The notes under the pieces: generated by a model
What the model saw: the letters and a program-made list of their open reading frames with translations, nothing else
What the model was told of the DNA's origin: nothing
Databases searched by the model: none
Source: Marsupella aquatica
Lineage: Eukaryota; Plantae; Marchantiophyta
Reading direction: 5' to 3'
NCBI GenBank assembly: GCA_973895155.1
Contig: OZ316897.1
Location: 20,674,260-20,738,259 of the forward strand
DNA length: 64,000 nt
Part shown: one piece after another, positions 1 through 12,196 of the stretch
Layout: each line of letters starts with the position of its first letter
Position numbering within the stretch: the first letter of the stretch is position 1
Translations under genes and position numbers: made by a program

Positions 1-482
1 GCTGTGTGCTTCGTTCTTCAGGTATGCAGAATCCAACCTGTTCATCGAATTACTCACAGCTCGTCTCGACGTCGCTGCAACTAGATCTTAAGTCTTCCAT
101 TGGTGAGCTGGTGGAGTTTTAAAGTAGTTCATTGATTGTGTAGTTTAGTTGCCGTTCACCTTTTCTAGCTGCATGGTATAATTATCTCCCTTTTGTATAT
201 TTTGGAGTGACGAAAGACTTGTTCAGAAGTCCTAAGAATGACTATCGGTAGCTTAATCTGGGGGCCAAGTGTGATATCCGCACGTATGCTGCAACTCTTC
301 GTGGGTCCTTCAGTTGTATTGAGTCATAAGTCCTGCAGGCACTCCTTGGAATCTTCGTAGACGATAATTCTGCGAATTATTGCGGGAAATTCTTCGTTAC
401 ATGAGTCATCAAGACACAGCCTCCGTGGTGCTTAGAAGAATGTGTCGCACGCGCGTTCTTGCTTGCTCTGGAGAGTATGGTT

Positions 483-1454
483 TTGTTTGGTAGAATTTGG
501 TTCACTTGTTGCCGGTTTGCTGACTATGTTGGCATCTTTTCAAATTTTCCAGGATCAATTCACAACGCCATATGCATTTTGTGCTTCCTGGTTCAGTCTG
601 AGATTCCGGACAGTTGCTTACGCATTTTGTCCCCGTTTTGACTCTCTGACCGACGTGGCATTTCTCACCCAAGAGATACATTGATCACGGTTGCAATTTA
701 TCTTGAGCAAGCAATATGAAGTGTTGGTTTGAAGGCTCCTCTTCGCAATCCCCACAAGCGCCTGAGACGAAGAGACTAAGATTGGATACTAGTCAGGTAG
801 TCCCCAGTCCAGATCACCAGGATGCCCGCTCTGAGTTTGTATCTTGCGTTCTATTTGATGGCATGATTTTCCGACAGTGAATGACCAGCTTGGGTACAGT
901 GATATTAACGATGTGGTATGAAATTTTGATTACTTCCAGGACCTGGCTAACATTCGTAGTCAAGTTGTTTGGTAGAATTTGGTTCTATTGTTGCCAGTTT
1001 GCTTACTATATATGTTGGCATCTTTTCAAAATTTGCAGGATAAAATCATAACGCCATATCCATTTTGTGCTTCCTGTGACAGTCTGAGATTCCGGACAGT
1101 CGCTTACGCATTCTTCCCCCATTTTGACTCTCTGGCCGAAGTGGCATTTCACACCCAAGAGATACATTGATCACAGTTCCAATCTTGAGCAACCAATATG
1201 AAGCGTTGGTTTCAAGGCTGTTTCCAAGGCTCCTCTTCTCAATCCCCAGAAGCGCCTGAGTCGAGGAGACTGAAATTGGATACTAGTCAGGTAGTCCCCG
1301 GTCCAGACCACGAGGATGCCCGCTATGAGCTTTTATCTTGTATTCTATTGGTGTCGATGGCATCCCGATAATGATTTAACTGCCTGGATACTAAAGAAGG
1401 TGTGGTACGAAATTATGATTACTTCCAGAAGCTGGCTAACATTCGTAGTCAAGC
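483..1454 (+). repeat. About 480-bp diverged tandem duplication inside intron 1 of HNL copy 1
   Basis: TTGTTTGGTAGAATTTGGTTC starts at about 483 and 965, and both units end in CTGGCTAACATTCGTAGTCAAG. Copy 2 has a single unit (about 14200-14677). Confidence 0.85.
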
Positions 1455-4400
1455 CGTCCAAACTGATCATTGGGCGTTGTCTCCTACGTTGGTCAGGAAA
1501 TAATTGCTTAGATTAACTGTCCGTTTTTGTTCCTGTATTCTTAGGTGCATGAGCTCAATGCTTCCTTGTACGAATTATATAGCCCACCAGGCACACCATC
1601 CATGGAAGTCTTATTTTTCCATGGATTTCAGCATGGGGATTATGATGAGGCACATTTATCAAGCTGGACATGTGGAGATGGGTCCGGTATCATCTGGCCA
1701 CAATCGTGGTTGGTGAAGAAGTTTTGTGACGCTCGCATTTTGACTGTTTCTTACAATGCTAGTGTGCTGAAAAGTCAAGAAAGTTCTGATGTGTTTAACA
1801 TGAGCGAAAACTTGATAACAGATCTGCTGGATGCAAAAGTAGGACAAACGCCCTGCTGCCCAGTAATTTTGGTAGGCCACAGTTTTGGGGGCTTGGTCAT
1901 TAAGCAACTATGCGTGGAGGCATCATCTGAGACAGGCAGATCGGAGGAAAACTCGAGCAGAAGCTCCAAGCTCAAATCATTTTTGCAAAACGTAAAGGGG
2001 ATATTTTTCTATTCTACACCGCATTATGGGATTGCAGACAATATTGCTGAGCATTTTGTGGGCAATCGTCCTTTACTGCAATACGTGAAAACTCTTAGTT
2101 TGCTAGCAGCAAGACTCAACTATCATTTTGAGAAACTCTACGGACAAGGAGGGAAATATCACATGTGGCAAATTGCAGCAGTTGGGGAAAGTCTTTCAAC
2201 CAAATGGGTATGGACACTAACCCATCTACTTGATGTCAAGAATTGATTTTTCTATCAACTAGACTACCAGTTTGTTAGGAGAAATTAGAAATTCTCTGGA
2301 GTCAGAACAGCCAATGGCATTCTGGAGTGAGATTACAAAGCACACCGCTTTCTAACTGCGTTGAGGTTGTGGATTCTCTCCATGCGGACTATTGCTGAAA
2401 TTCTGGCCTTGATCGACGGAGCAAATTTATCCCTGAATTTCATATGCTAACCTTTGTAGTGGATGCGAGCTCTGTCTAGTTTTGTTTGTGTGAATCAGAT
2501 GAATTAAGAGCTTCCAGCAAAAAATGAATCTGAATACATAAAACTGCGAAAAGAATGGAGCATTGAAACAAGTCCGTCACAACTTCGAGAGAAAACTAAT
2601 ACGGACGGCTTTATTGGGATGTTGAGTTTGCACGTCATTCTGGCTTTTTTTGTTGAAATGCCATAATATTATTCTTCCTGATAAAGGGAGCTAGGATATA
2701 AGTAGCGAAGGACTGGCGAAGAATTCGGAGAAAGAAAATTGTACTTGTATATATGCTAAGATATCTTCTTTGGTCAACTTTTTTGCAGGGTGGATTTGAT
2801 GGTCGAATCGTTGTAACGGAAGCGTCTTCAAGATACGGTTCTGATTTCAACCTCGTGGAAGGAGCAGACCACATCTCAGTTTGCAGACCGATGAATGAAA
2901 GAGCTAGAAGTTTTCGTGCCCTGAAAAACTTTCTAGATCGTTTTCCTACTGATTCAAAGGTGGAGCATGTCAATCCCTTAACTGCATGAATTTGCTATAA
3001 TTGACCTCTATCAAATGAGGAAGTCAGAGACCGAAGAACCATACGCTTACAGACTGCTATTGTGTGCACGCACTGTCATTCCATCGACTTTGTTCTGTGC
3101 CTAATCACATCGAAATCTTGCAAACCAATCAGCCGAGATGAGTGCCTTCGTGATATTTCTTAAAAATTACTCATTCTGGAAGCACAGATGAGCCAAGGGA
3201 CACAAGAACTCGTAATCGTTTCTGACCATCGTTACTTTACACAAGCAACTGTTGTGATGATTAAACAAGTTCCTTTTCTTTCGGTTGCACATTATTTGAT
3301 GTTCAGTACTTGATGAATCTTTGCAGGTAGTGGTGCCTATTCACCAGTGTCATGGGCTCCCTAGGTACCCTATGGGCTTGAAGAGACGTGCAAACCGGAT
3401 TCAGGAAATGCTAAAAACTGCCCAAGTAATAGGGATTGTTGGCATGGGTGGCATAGGGAAAACCACTCTTGCCAAGGAAGTTTTCAACAACATCTCGACA
3501 GATTTTGAATATACTTGTTTTGCAAAAAATGTCCAAGGTATCCCGGAGCAGGAGCTAGACGATTGGCTACTTAGACATTTGCATCGCAAAGGGACTAAAG
3601 TGGATGGGAATAAGATCCAGTGGTCTGACCTCATGCAAACAAAATCACTGATTTTCATGGACGATGTTAACTGTGAGACACAAATCAGAAATTTGCCCAG
3701 CTTGGATCACTTCGGGAGTAGTAGTCGGTTGATCTTTACAACTCGGATTCAAAGCGTTTTGGATACTGTTCCAGACGTTGCCATGTACGAAGTTGATTTT
3801 CTTGAACTTTGACGAGGCAAAGGAGCTCTTTTGCCTGCATGTATTTGAGCAAGAACGAATCCCGCACAATCTTCTAGAGGTGAATCATCATTTGGAAGCA
3901 AACGTACAGAAAGTGGTACAGCAATGCGATGGTTTACCGTTGACTCTGGAAGTAATGGGGTCCTATCTGAGAAGTCACAAGACTAATCCTAGGGTCTGGG
4001 AGGAGACATATGACAAGCTCCAAAAAGCTCAATCTCTTGATGGACTTCGTAATGAGAGAGTGTGGAGTTCATTGAGAGTGAGCTATGATGCTCTGGCGTC
4101 CGAAGAGCAAGGTATGTTCGTCGAAGCTGGGACTTATTTTTTTGAACGGCCGGTAGAGAGAGCCCTGGCTGCTTGGAGCACTGCTTTTGGATATTCAGAA
4201 TCGAGGTGGGCCAACTTGCTGAGGACTTCCATGGTGAAGGAAGTCGACAAGATTGAATGGGATACCAAATGGCGGAAAAACATCAAATACAAGGAAGTAT
4301 GGGTGCATGAACAGCTGCGTGATCTGGCCAAGCATCTCTCCAAGGGGGCCATCATATCAATGTCTGTTGGAGAAAGTAACGGTGACTGGAATTGCAATGT

Positions 4401-5702
4401 TTTCGCAACTCAAATGCATTCTCAATTCAAATGCGGTAAGTTCGAAACCAGAAGCATTGAGACAGCGGTGAACATTGGTGGTTTCAAAGTGAGCAATTGA
4501 ACAGAATCAATCCCCTTGATGGTTTGTAAATTTTCCTTGGAAGCGCTGAATACCCATGTGACGTTTCTGAAGGGACAATATTTGAAGGTATTGCTGTGAG
4601 GAACGCATCAATTGGTGTTTCAGAAGTCTTGAGTAACTTGTTGATACTTGTTTGTCGTCATGAATTCCGTATTGTTGAAACATGGCGTATGACGTGTACG
4701 TTTTGTCATCAGGTGAAAGCACAGACAAGTATTCTTCAGCTCCATGCCAATGGTCAGTTTCAGCTCAACTACCCAAAGCTTTGCTTAGAATCGCTGAATG
4801 AGCTGGACAAACTGAAGTATGTGGAGCTGGTTCATGTCCTTGGCGAAGGGTCAAGCGGGAATTTATCGACGAATCTTTCCTTACTAAGATGGAATAGTCC
4901 GAGGTACATGGTCGATAATTCTTATCCAATGCTCGAAATTCCCCTGTCCCATACCCTCCTCCCTGTCAGCCTGGAGGGCATGAATAATGTAGCCATCTTA
5001 GAACTCGACCACTGGGAGATTCTGGAGGAAAGTCTACGCGCATTGGGGAAGCTGAGCAACCTGCGCATTTTATCTCTTTCGCATATACGAGGGCTTTCCC
5101 GCCTTCCAGAAAATTTTGGTTGTCTGTCCCAATTGAAATGCTTTGAGTTGGAGTCTGTCCGTTTGTCAGCATTGCCGGCATCGTTTGGCGACCTCTCTTC
5201 CCTGGAACGTTTGCTCTTATCCGATGTAGACGTTGTGGAGCTTCCCGAGTCTTTTGGGAACCTTTCCTCTCTGACAACACTAGTTATTGCTGGGTGCCAC
5301 AACCTTGCAAGGCTGCCCGAGTCCTTCGGGCACCTCTTGTCCCTAGAGGAATTGCGCATCACAGACTGCCCAAGGCTTGAGTGTCCACAGGATACAAAAT
5401 CGAGACAAGTCGTCTCGCGCAAGAATTTATCTTCGCTCAAGTTCTTACGCTTAAAGAGCTGCACGAGTCTAGAAGCGGTGCCTGCATGTTTTGGCCTTCT
5501 TTCCTCCTTGGAAGAACTTGAGCTGGATGTGTGCACAGAACTAAAGACGCTGCCGGAAAATTTTGGCCAACTCAAGGCTCTGAAGAGGTTGAGTATATAC
5601 GGTGCCGATAAGTTACAGGTGCTGCCCGATGACTTTGGGAAGTTACCTTCATTCAGACTTTTGAAGCTAAGTTGTCGACGTCTCGAACGACTACCTGAGA
5701 GC

Positions 5703-5846
5703 TTCGGTCTTCTCTCTACCCTGCAAGAACTCCATTTGGTTGGCTGCGAAGCATTACAAGTATTGCCGGATAATTTCGGTCTTCTCTCTACCCTGCAAGA
5801 ACTCCATTTGGTTGGCTGCAAAGCATTACAAGTATTGCCAGATAAT
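5703..5846 (+). repeat. 72-bp in-frame tandem duplication adding one 24-aa LRR in copy 1
   Basis: FGLLSTLQELHLVGC(E/K)ALQVLPDN occurs twice, starting at 5703 and 5775, with two visible substitutions. Copy 2 has one unit. Confidence 0.9.
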
Positions 5847-7099
5847 TTCGGTCTGCTCTGCGCCCTGCAAACACTGCGGTTGTTCAACTGCACTCAATTG
5901 CGGAGGTTGCCGGACAATTTTGGCGAACTCGCGGCTCTTCAGACTTTGGCCATAGTGTCCGCCGACCTAGAGGGGTTGCCTAACAGTTTCTGCCGTTTGC
6001 CTGCCTTGCAAAAACTCGATCTGGATCATTGTGTGAAATTAGAAAGATTGCCAGATGATTTCGGCCAACTCTCATCGCTCGAGACTTTGAGGGTATCGGC
6101 CGACGACCTTGAAGAGCAACCGAACAGTTCAGGGGATCTCTCGTCACTGGAAGAACTGGGTGTCATGGGGCAAAGGTTGCAGAGCCTCCCGAGGATTATA
6201 GTGTTGGAAAAGAACCACACTCGAACCGATGAGGGATGCACGCATCAAGGTCCTGTAACTCAGTGGTAAAGCATTACTATGTACAGGAGATCCTAGGTGT
6301 TCTGAAAGCTTACCTTTGCTTACGGTCTTAGTTAATAGAGAAGTAGTCTAGTACTCAGGTAGAAATTCCCTGATCTTGTATACTAGCTTCTACGTAAGAA
6401 CGATTGTAAGTCCCTGATTGAGTGACAAGTCCTCCATTGTCTGTAGTGTGTCAACTTTAGCACACTCACTTACTACTGTAGTTAGAATGGAACTCCTTAG
6501 ATTACTCTAGAAGCACGACAAGCTTAATGGCTCGGTCAATCACATGACCTGGACCATAGTTGTCAAGAACTTCTTGACGCGTGATGAGCTATTCGATGAG
6601 CTCAACTTTGGTGTCAAGGCTGACATCAATGGTAATTTTGTTGACGGAGGAATCAACCGACGGCAGCAGAAAAGAAGATCGAAGAAGAAGAAGATCCGGG
6701 CGACTTCGATCCTGGCTGCCACAGTCAAGCCTAAGTTCTTGCCAACGGTTGACAAATATGCGGGGTCTTTCCTTGCATGTGCTTTCTTGCCAATGATGAA
6801 GTTTACCCTTATCAGAATGCTGGTTGTGCTTCAGTAAAGGATTTACAAGTAGCCTGTCATTTGTGTTCAGGCAATAACCTTAAATTGTTATGTTTGTAAT
6901 GTAATGCAGGTTCAGGTATCATTTATGGATGAATTCTCTGTTTTGTTTTGCTGTGTGGTATTTACATGTGCATACGCCATGCGTGCACGCTTGCAAGGTG
7001 CAAGTACAAAGTCACTAGTGAATGAAGACTCGGATGACATCGACGAGTATGACATTGACGACGATGACAGTGAGGAGGATGACAGTGACACTTCCGATT

Positions 7100-7750
7100 G
7101 TCACTTGAGGTAACTCCATCAGGAATCCCTGGAAATAAATATTGATTATTTCTCTCTAATCCAAGACCCCTCTCGTTAGCTTACCAGATCTGGGCCTGCA
7201 ACGCTGGAGCAATGGTGACGGTCACAAGGAATTAAGGAGTACCATAGTTTTATGCTTGCGTGAAAACCTTCCCCGCTAGAGTAGTCCACTTCTAGAGTAA
7301 GGTCATGTATTTAATTTCTGAACGTCTGACAGAAAATCCAGTTGTTGCATAATGTATAATTCAGATAAACAAATTGTCATGCAATTTGAGGACTAAGAAT
7401 GAGAATTACTTTGTCAAACAGTCATTAAAGACTTGTGGAGTAGAGGGTCGGTATCCAAGTCTAAGAAGCAGCCGATTCCCTGACCATTGTGCCTAACAAA
7501 GCGTGGACTGGAAAGATAGAGCATTCTGCATGCTCACGCAAGGCACCTTGCCTTTGCTTTAATGGAAGCCATAATCATGCCTACCCAGAGATTTCAGAAG
7601 GCCGACTGACAGTATCATTTAGAATTCGTACTCGATGAATTTGGATAATCGATGCGATCTACAAAGCATGAAACAACCGATTGTAGAAACATCCTTAACC
7701 TCTTATTTTTCTTCTTACCGTAAACACAGTTCCATTGAACACAACCACTA
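7100..7750 (+). repeat. Downstream block paralogous to 21410-22070
   Basis: Shared anchors include AGTACCATAGTTTTATGC, CATGCAATTTGAGGACTAAGAATGAGAAT, AGAAGCAGCCGATTCCCTGACC and CCCAGAGATTTCAGAAGGCCGACTGACAGTATCATTTAGAAT. Confidence 0.85.
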
Positions 7751-9620
7751 ATTGCTTTCCTCACACAAGTAGATACAGCCAGGTATTGTATGATGCGAGC
7801 AAACAGGAACTAACGCCCCGAGAGAAAAGATCTTGTCGAGGACTGTCCACAATTTAGCATAACCAACTGGCGTTGGATTCTATGGCCCTGTTCGACCCAC
7901 CTGAATCTGCCACAATTCAAGGCTACGTTAATGAATGGAATCAATATACTACACGTGAAATAAAAATTCTAAGAATCAGGTTCCTGTTTTGAGGGGAGCA
8001 CATAAGATCTCTAGAGTGTTTACACCCTGACATGAAACAGAAAAATATTTAGTGTTATGAGCAAAAAATTTAATGTTACAAAAAAAAACAAAAATCCAAA
8101 ACCAGTATGTGGGTCTAGTTGGGATGTGTTGGTAACATTGAGCTTTAATTTCCAACCATTTTTCTATCAATTGGACTCTACGAAAAGGCAAAATTTGTTT
8201 GTTGCCAAACAACCATTTTCCTATCAATTGGACTCTACCGAAAGGCAAAATTTGTTTGGTGCCAAAAAATTAGGAAATTTGTTCCATTTTTATTAATAGA
8301 AATGAAATTAAAATTGGGCAAAGTTGTTTTAAATTTTGAGGTCAGCTTGGATCTGTTAGGGTACTAAGATTTTAACAAAATATGTCAGCATTGATTGTAA
8401 ATTTAAAAAGCACAAACATGATCTCAATGATGAAGTTGGCTTAGTCATCTTTGGTGCACAAGCAAGTTTTGCTTTATTGGTGGGGAATCACACTCCTACA
8501 ATCCGCTTAGAGTTGCACACAAGGAAGTTCAAAAAGGTTGTTACTTCAAGCCAGCTAACATATATTAATTGTATATTTTTTCATACACACATGATGCCTC
8601 AAGAAGCCCGAGAGGAAGCTTTGTTTGTATTCACTTCAATGCTGGTATACTTTGTTAAAATCTTAGTATCAATGAAGGTCAAAGTCGGGAATAAAACAAT
8701 GCAAAGCTAACCATTGATTAGTTTTCCAGAGATAGTCACAAATTGGGACACAACTGCCTTCTAAGTGGAAGAAGCTTTATTTGTATCTTTGTGGAAGAAT
8801 TTGTATTTATATTTGGACTTATCTAGTCAATGCATGGATTGCACTACTACAAATACTCTGAATAAGTCTAACTTGATTTGAAGGTTCTTGTATGCTCTTG
8901 TTGCGTACGACAGCCTTAGGTCAAATACAAGCTTGAGGGACACCAAAAGGAATGATAGAATTGGATACTTTGTTGATCACTATTTTGTGTTAAATAATGA
9001 CATTCCAACCCATTTTCCACCATTGATTAAGCAAAGGAACCTGGCTAGTTTGGAATCATCCAATGGTGAACATTGATCTTGTGAGTTTCTTATAATGGGA
9101 TGTTTGTCACCATCCTCAAGTTAGCCGATACGCTCTCCCTCCCTTGAACAGCGAACGGGAGTGGGCCAGCCAACCAGGACTGAAATCAGGAGGGGTGGAG
9201 TGGGGCAAAGTAAGAGACCCAATCCACTGTCAAGGGTTGGAAAGGGTGTTGCACTTACAGTAGAGGACATGGACGACAATCCAATGGAAAAACCAGGTTA
9301 GATGTTCAAGACATTCAAAATATTTCAAGCTAACTATAGCTAGTTTCCTTAATCAACAATGGAAGAAGATGACAAGAAACTGGCAAAGTATATATTTAGA
9401 TTATGCAATTTTCAATAGTTCAAGTTGAGATGAAATTCTCAAATCAATAATAGTAGTTTTTCTTTTTTTGTTTCCCTTTTTTTTCTCTCACTCATCTTGG
9501 AATTTTTGAGCTTGCCATCAAGTCCAACACTATTTTTCTTCATTCCCCATTTTTATTAAGAAATGGGAACAATTAAGTGTTGCAAGGACTTGGGGGGAAA
9601 TCTTAGTTGAGTTTTTTTTT

Positions 9621-9861
9621 TTTACAATGTTATATAAACCAGCAAGGGCTCTACAAAAATATTTGAAGTTTGGGTGATTGGATATTATGCAAAACTAGCT
9701 CAATACCAATCAACCAAAACTTCCCAAATATTGTCAAATAATGTCCAATCATCCAAAACTTCAAATATTTTTATAGAGCCCTTTAATGGTTGATTATAGG
9801 GATTATATAACATTGTAAATGGGTGATTGATATTGAGGTAGTTGTGCATAATATCCAATCA
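9621..9861. repeat. Long imperfect inverted repeat, probably DNA-transposon or foldback debris
   Basis: TTTACAATGTTATATAA...AAGGGCTCTACAAAAATATTTGAAGTTTGGGTGATTGGATATTAT pairs with ATAATGTCCAATCATCCAAAACTTCAAATATTTTTATAGAGCCCTT...TTATATAACATTGTAAA. Bases 9820-9861 are also an inverted copy of about 9675-9716. Confidence 0.75.
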
Positions 9862-11185
9862 TGGTGTAGTGGGAGGAGTGTCTTGGTGGATCTGATGGCA
9901 CCAAAAAAGTTTATGTTTTGATGAAGTGCTACGATTTACCCACACTCCTTCCTCATTTTATAAAGGACAAAAGTTAAAGAAAAAAGAGGGATTTAGGGGG
10001 GGGAACTTGTACTGTAGTGTTTGATGATAATGATTTGGTGGAGAATAGATGTGGAGGCGTGGAATGGGGGGAAAGTTAATTGCACTCATTCACTTTGGCA
10101 TGGTATGGTTAAGAAAAATGGGAGAGAAATATACATGCATCTATTTTGGCATGACATGAATGCATGGACATTATCTAATTACATTAGTTCCCATTTTTGT
10201 CCCACATGTGTTCCCACATGCAAAGCATCTAGATGCTCCAATCATAAACATCCAATGGCTGAGAATTGAAGTGATACTTTTGTCCCACTAACTGTTCACA
10301 CAAGTGCTCACACATGATAAGAATCTAGATGGTCCAATTACATAGATCCAATGGTTAAGAATTTATGAGATGACATGGATTTTTCCCTGAATTTTCAGAA
10401 TTACAAGAGTCTCTAACTAGACCCGTAAATATGTTATTAAAAATAGTATTTATCAAAATATTTTAAAATACTACATTTTTTGCTAGCACCAGGCTACTAT
10501 TACTAGCTCCGGGCGCTACCCAAAAAATATCGATAAAAACAAAACAAAACAAAACAAAATTTATCTAAACAAAATTCCAAAAAATTTATCACCCATTTGC
10601 TGTACGAGTAACTTTTACTGTTTTGCTGTTTGTTGTGGTTATACCCAGATCTCTGCCCCAAGCCCAACTGCAAAGCAAACCTTTGCTCTGTACATGAACT
10701 AAAGTACCTGGCACCCTGTTCTGATTTGAATTAGACTATTGTCAAATGTGTCAAACTGGTGACCAACATGTCTTCCACTTTATTCAAGTTATACTTTTCT
10801 CAGATTTGGGGTCCGGTCATTCTTGTGTACATATTTATTTATATGTAAAGGTTACAATTGTGAATGCAAGATGTGGCTACATAATCAATGCTGTCCACAA
10901 CATTGAGTTTGGCCAACAATTAATCAGTGATGTGGCTATATGGTTTTGCGGTCGTGTCCAGAGTCATGGCACTCCAAGGTACCACAATCCTTGTGAGTGT
11001 CATAATGGAATCCTCTTCACCGCCGCATTTGAAATAAACAAGCTTGTTTGTAACACCGCAAACACCGCTCCCCTTTCTAATCTTCCAGTCTAGTCCAATC
11101 TTCGTTAGTTCGTGAAGTGCCTCAATGCAGGTGAAAGTATTGCCAAGAAGATTATAGGGAATGCCTATTTCTCTCCTGGTTCACT

Positions 11186-11995
11186 TCAGGGTGGCTGTGG
11201 TCTTATAAATAATGCCCTCTTCCTTTCCCTTCCCTTGTAAGAATCTGATATCTTGAATATATCGAATGAATGTTGAGTGAAGGCGAGAGCCCCACATAAA
11301 TACAAGTCTGAGAGTCCAACGGAACAAGATCCATCAAGGGACAGAAGCGGAAGGCCTATCAATCTACAGGACAAACAGAGAGTGGAGCTAATCTCAGTGA
11401 GATCACAAATGATGTTTTGGCACTATATTTCAAACTGCCAAAAACCTAAGGGCGTCCAACCGAGAGACATGATCCCTCAGGCAAAAGACCCAATCAAGGG
11501 GAGACAACCAAAAGGCCAAGAAAGGCCAGGAAAACAAAGAAACAAAGAACTATCGAAGACCCAAAAACCAGGACCCCACAGCCTACCGATCAGCAAACTG
11601 AAGAGCCTAGGATAGCTCCAGCGTGAATTGCATAGGAGGGTCAAGCAAAGGAATCCTACTAGTGACCCTAAGACCAACAGCCTCACCCCTACAAAGGATA
11701 GTGAACGCCTGTGCCCGCTGAAGCGCAACGGACACCCTCTATCTAAAAAATGTCATGATGACAGACACCGGGGGATAAGGCCTTCGCTCAACATACTGAA
11801 TTGCGCAAGAGCGTAGAAAATGGTCAAAGGATGGGTGTAGCGCCCCAAATATCTCAACGACAAACAGATAGAAGAGGTCCCCAGGGTACCGCACAACATA
11901 TGCCTCCTCCTTAAGTTCCCTTGCAATGGTGTGGCCTGGTACATAGGCAACAGAAGCTCGGGGGTTTCACTTCCACAAAAATGGCATATCACGTG
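11186..11995 (-). mobile_element. Degenerate LINE (L1-like) ORF2 3' remnant
   Basis: The minus strand reads ICHFCGSETPE, resembling the CxxC...ET zinc-binding motif at the end of LINE ORF2, followed by broken frames. The identification is motif-level only. Confidence 0.4.
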
Positions 11996-12196
11996 CGACG
12001 AAGTATAGGGTCATTTTATTGGTTCAAAGGGAAAACTTAAGAATTTTTTGAGAAGAACAATAGGGTCTTTTAAATCCAATTTTGAGACTTATAAGAACAT
12101 TAGGGTCCTTATAACCAAATTTTTGGAATATGCCAAGAATATTCCAACTTTATAGGGGTTGAAAAAAAAATTCTTACATTTTAGGGGGTCCGAGGC

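Larger units (their letters stand above)
1..6201 (+). pseudogene. HNL (alpha/beta-hydrolase-NB-ARC-LRR) immune receptor, copy 1; frameshifted and 3'-truncated
   Basis: Exons <1-21, 1545-2207, 2789-2959, 3327-4435, 4713-6201, all with GT-AG boundaries. Motifs: FFHG, GHSFGG, ADHISVC, GMGGIGKTT, IFMDDV, SRLIFTTR, CDGLPL and LxxLPxxFGxLxxL repeats. Relative to copy 2 there is an extra A at 3805/3806 (giving TGA at 3810-3812) and a second +1 shift at about 4387-4392. Homology to copy 2 stops at 6201. Confidence 0.88.

Noticed and set aside
4922-5893. 323-aa minus-strand ORF (and its counterpart at 18338-19150)
   Set aside because: Antisense shadow of the Leu-rich LRR exon, with no independent motifs.
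6249-6302. tRNA gene
   Set aside because: Only a 5'-half resemblance; the T-arm/B box is broken.
12001-12195. Telomere-like TAGGG motifs beside the CRE-like fragment
   Set aside because: They are isolated, spaced TAGGG words and not a TTTAGGG array; more like DNA-transposon subterminal sequence.
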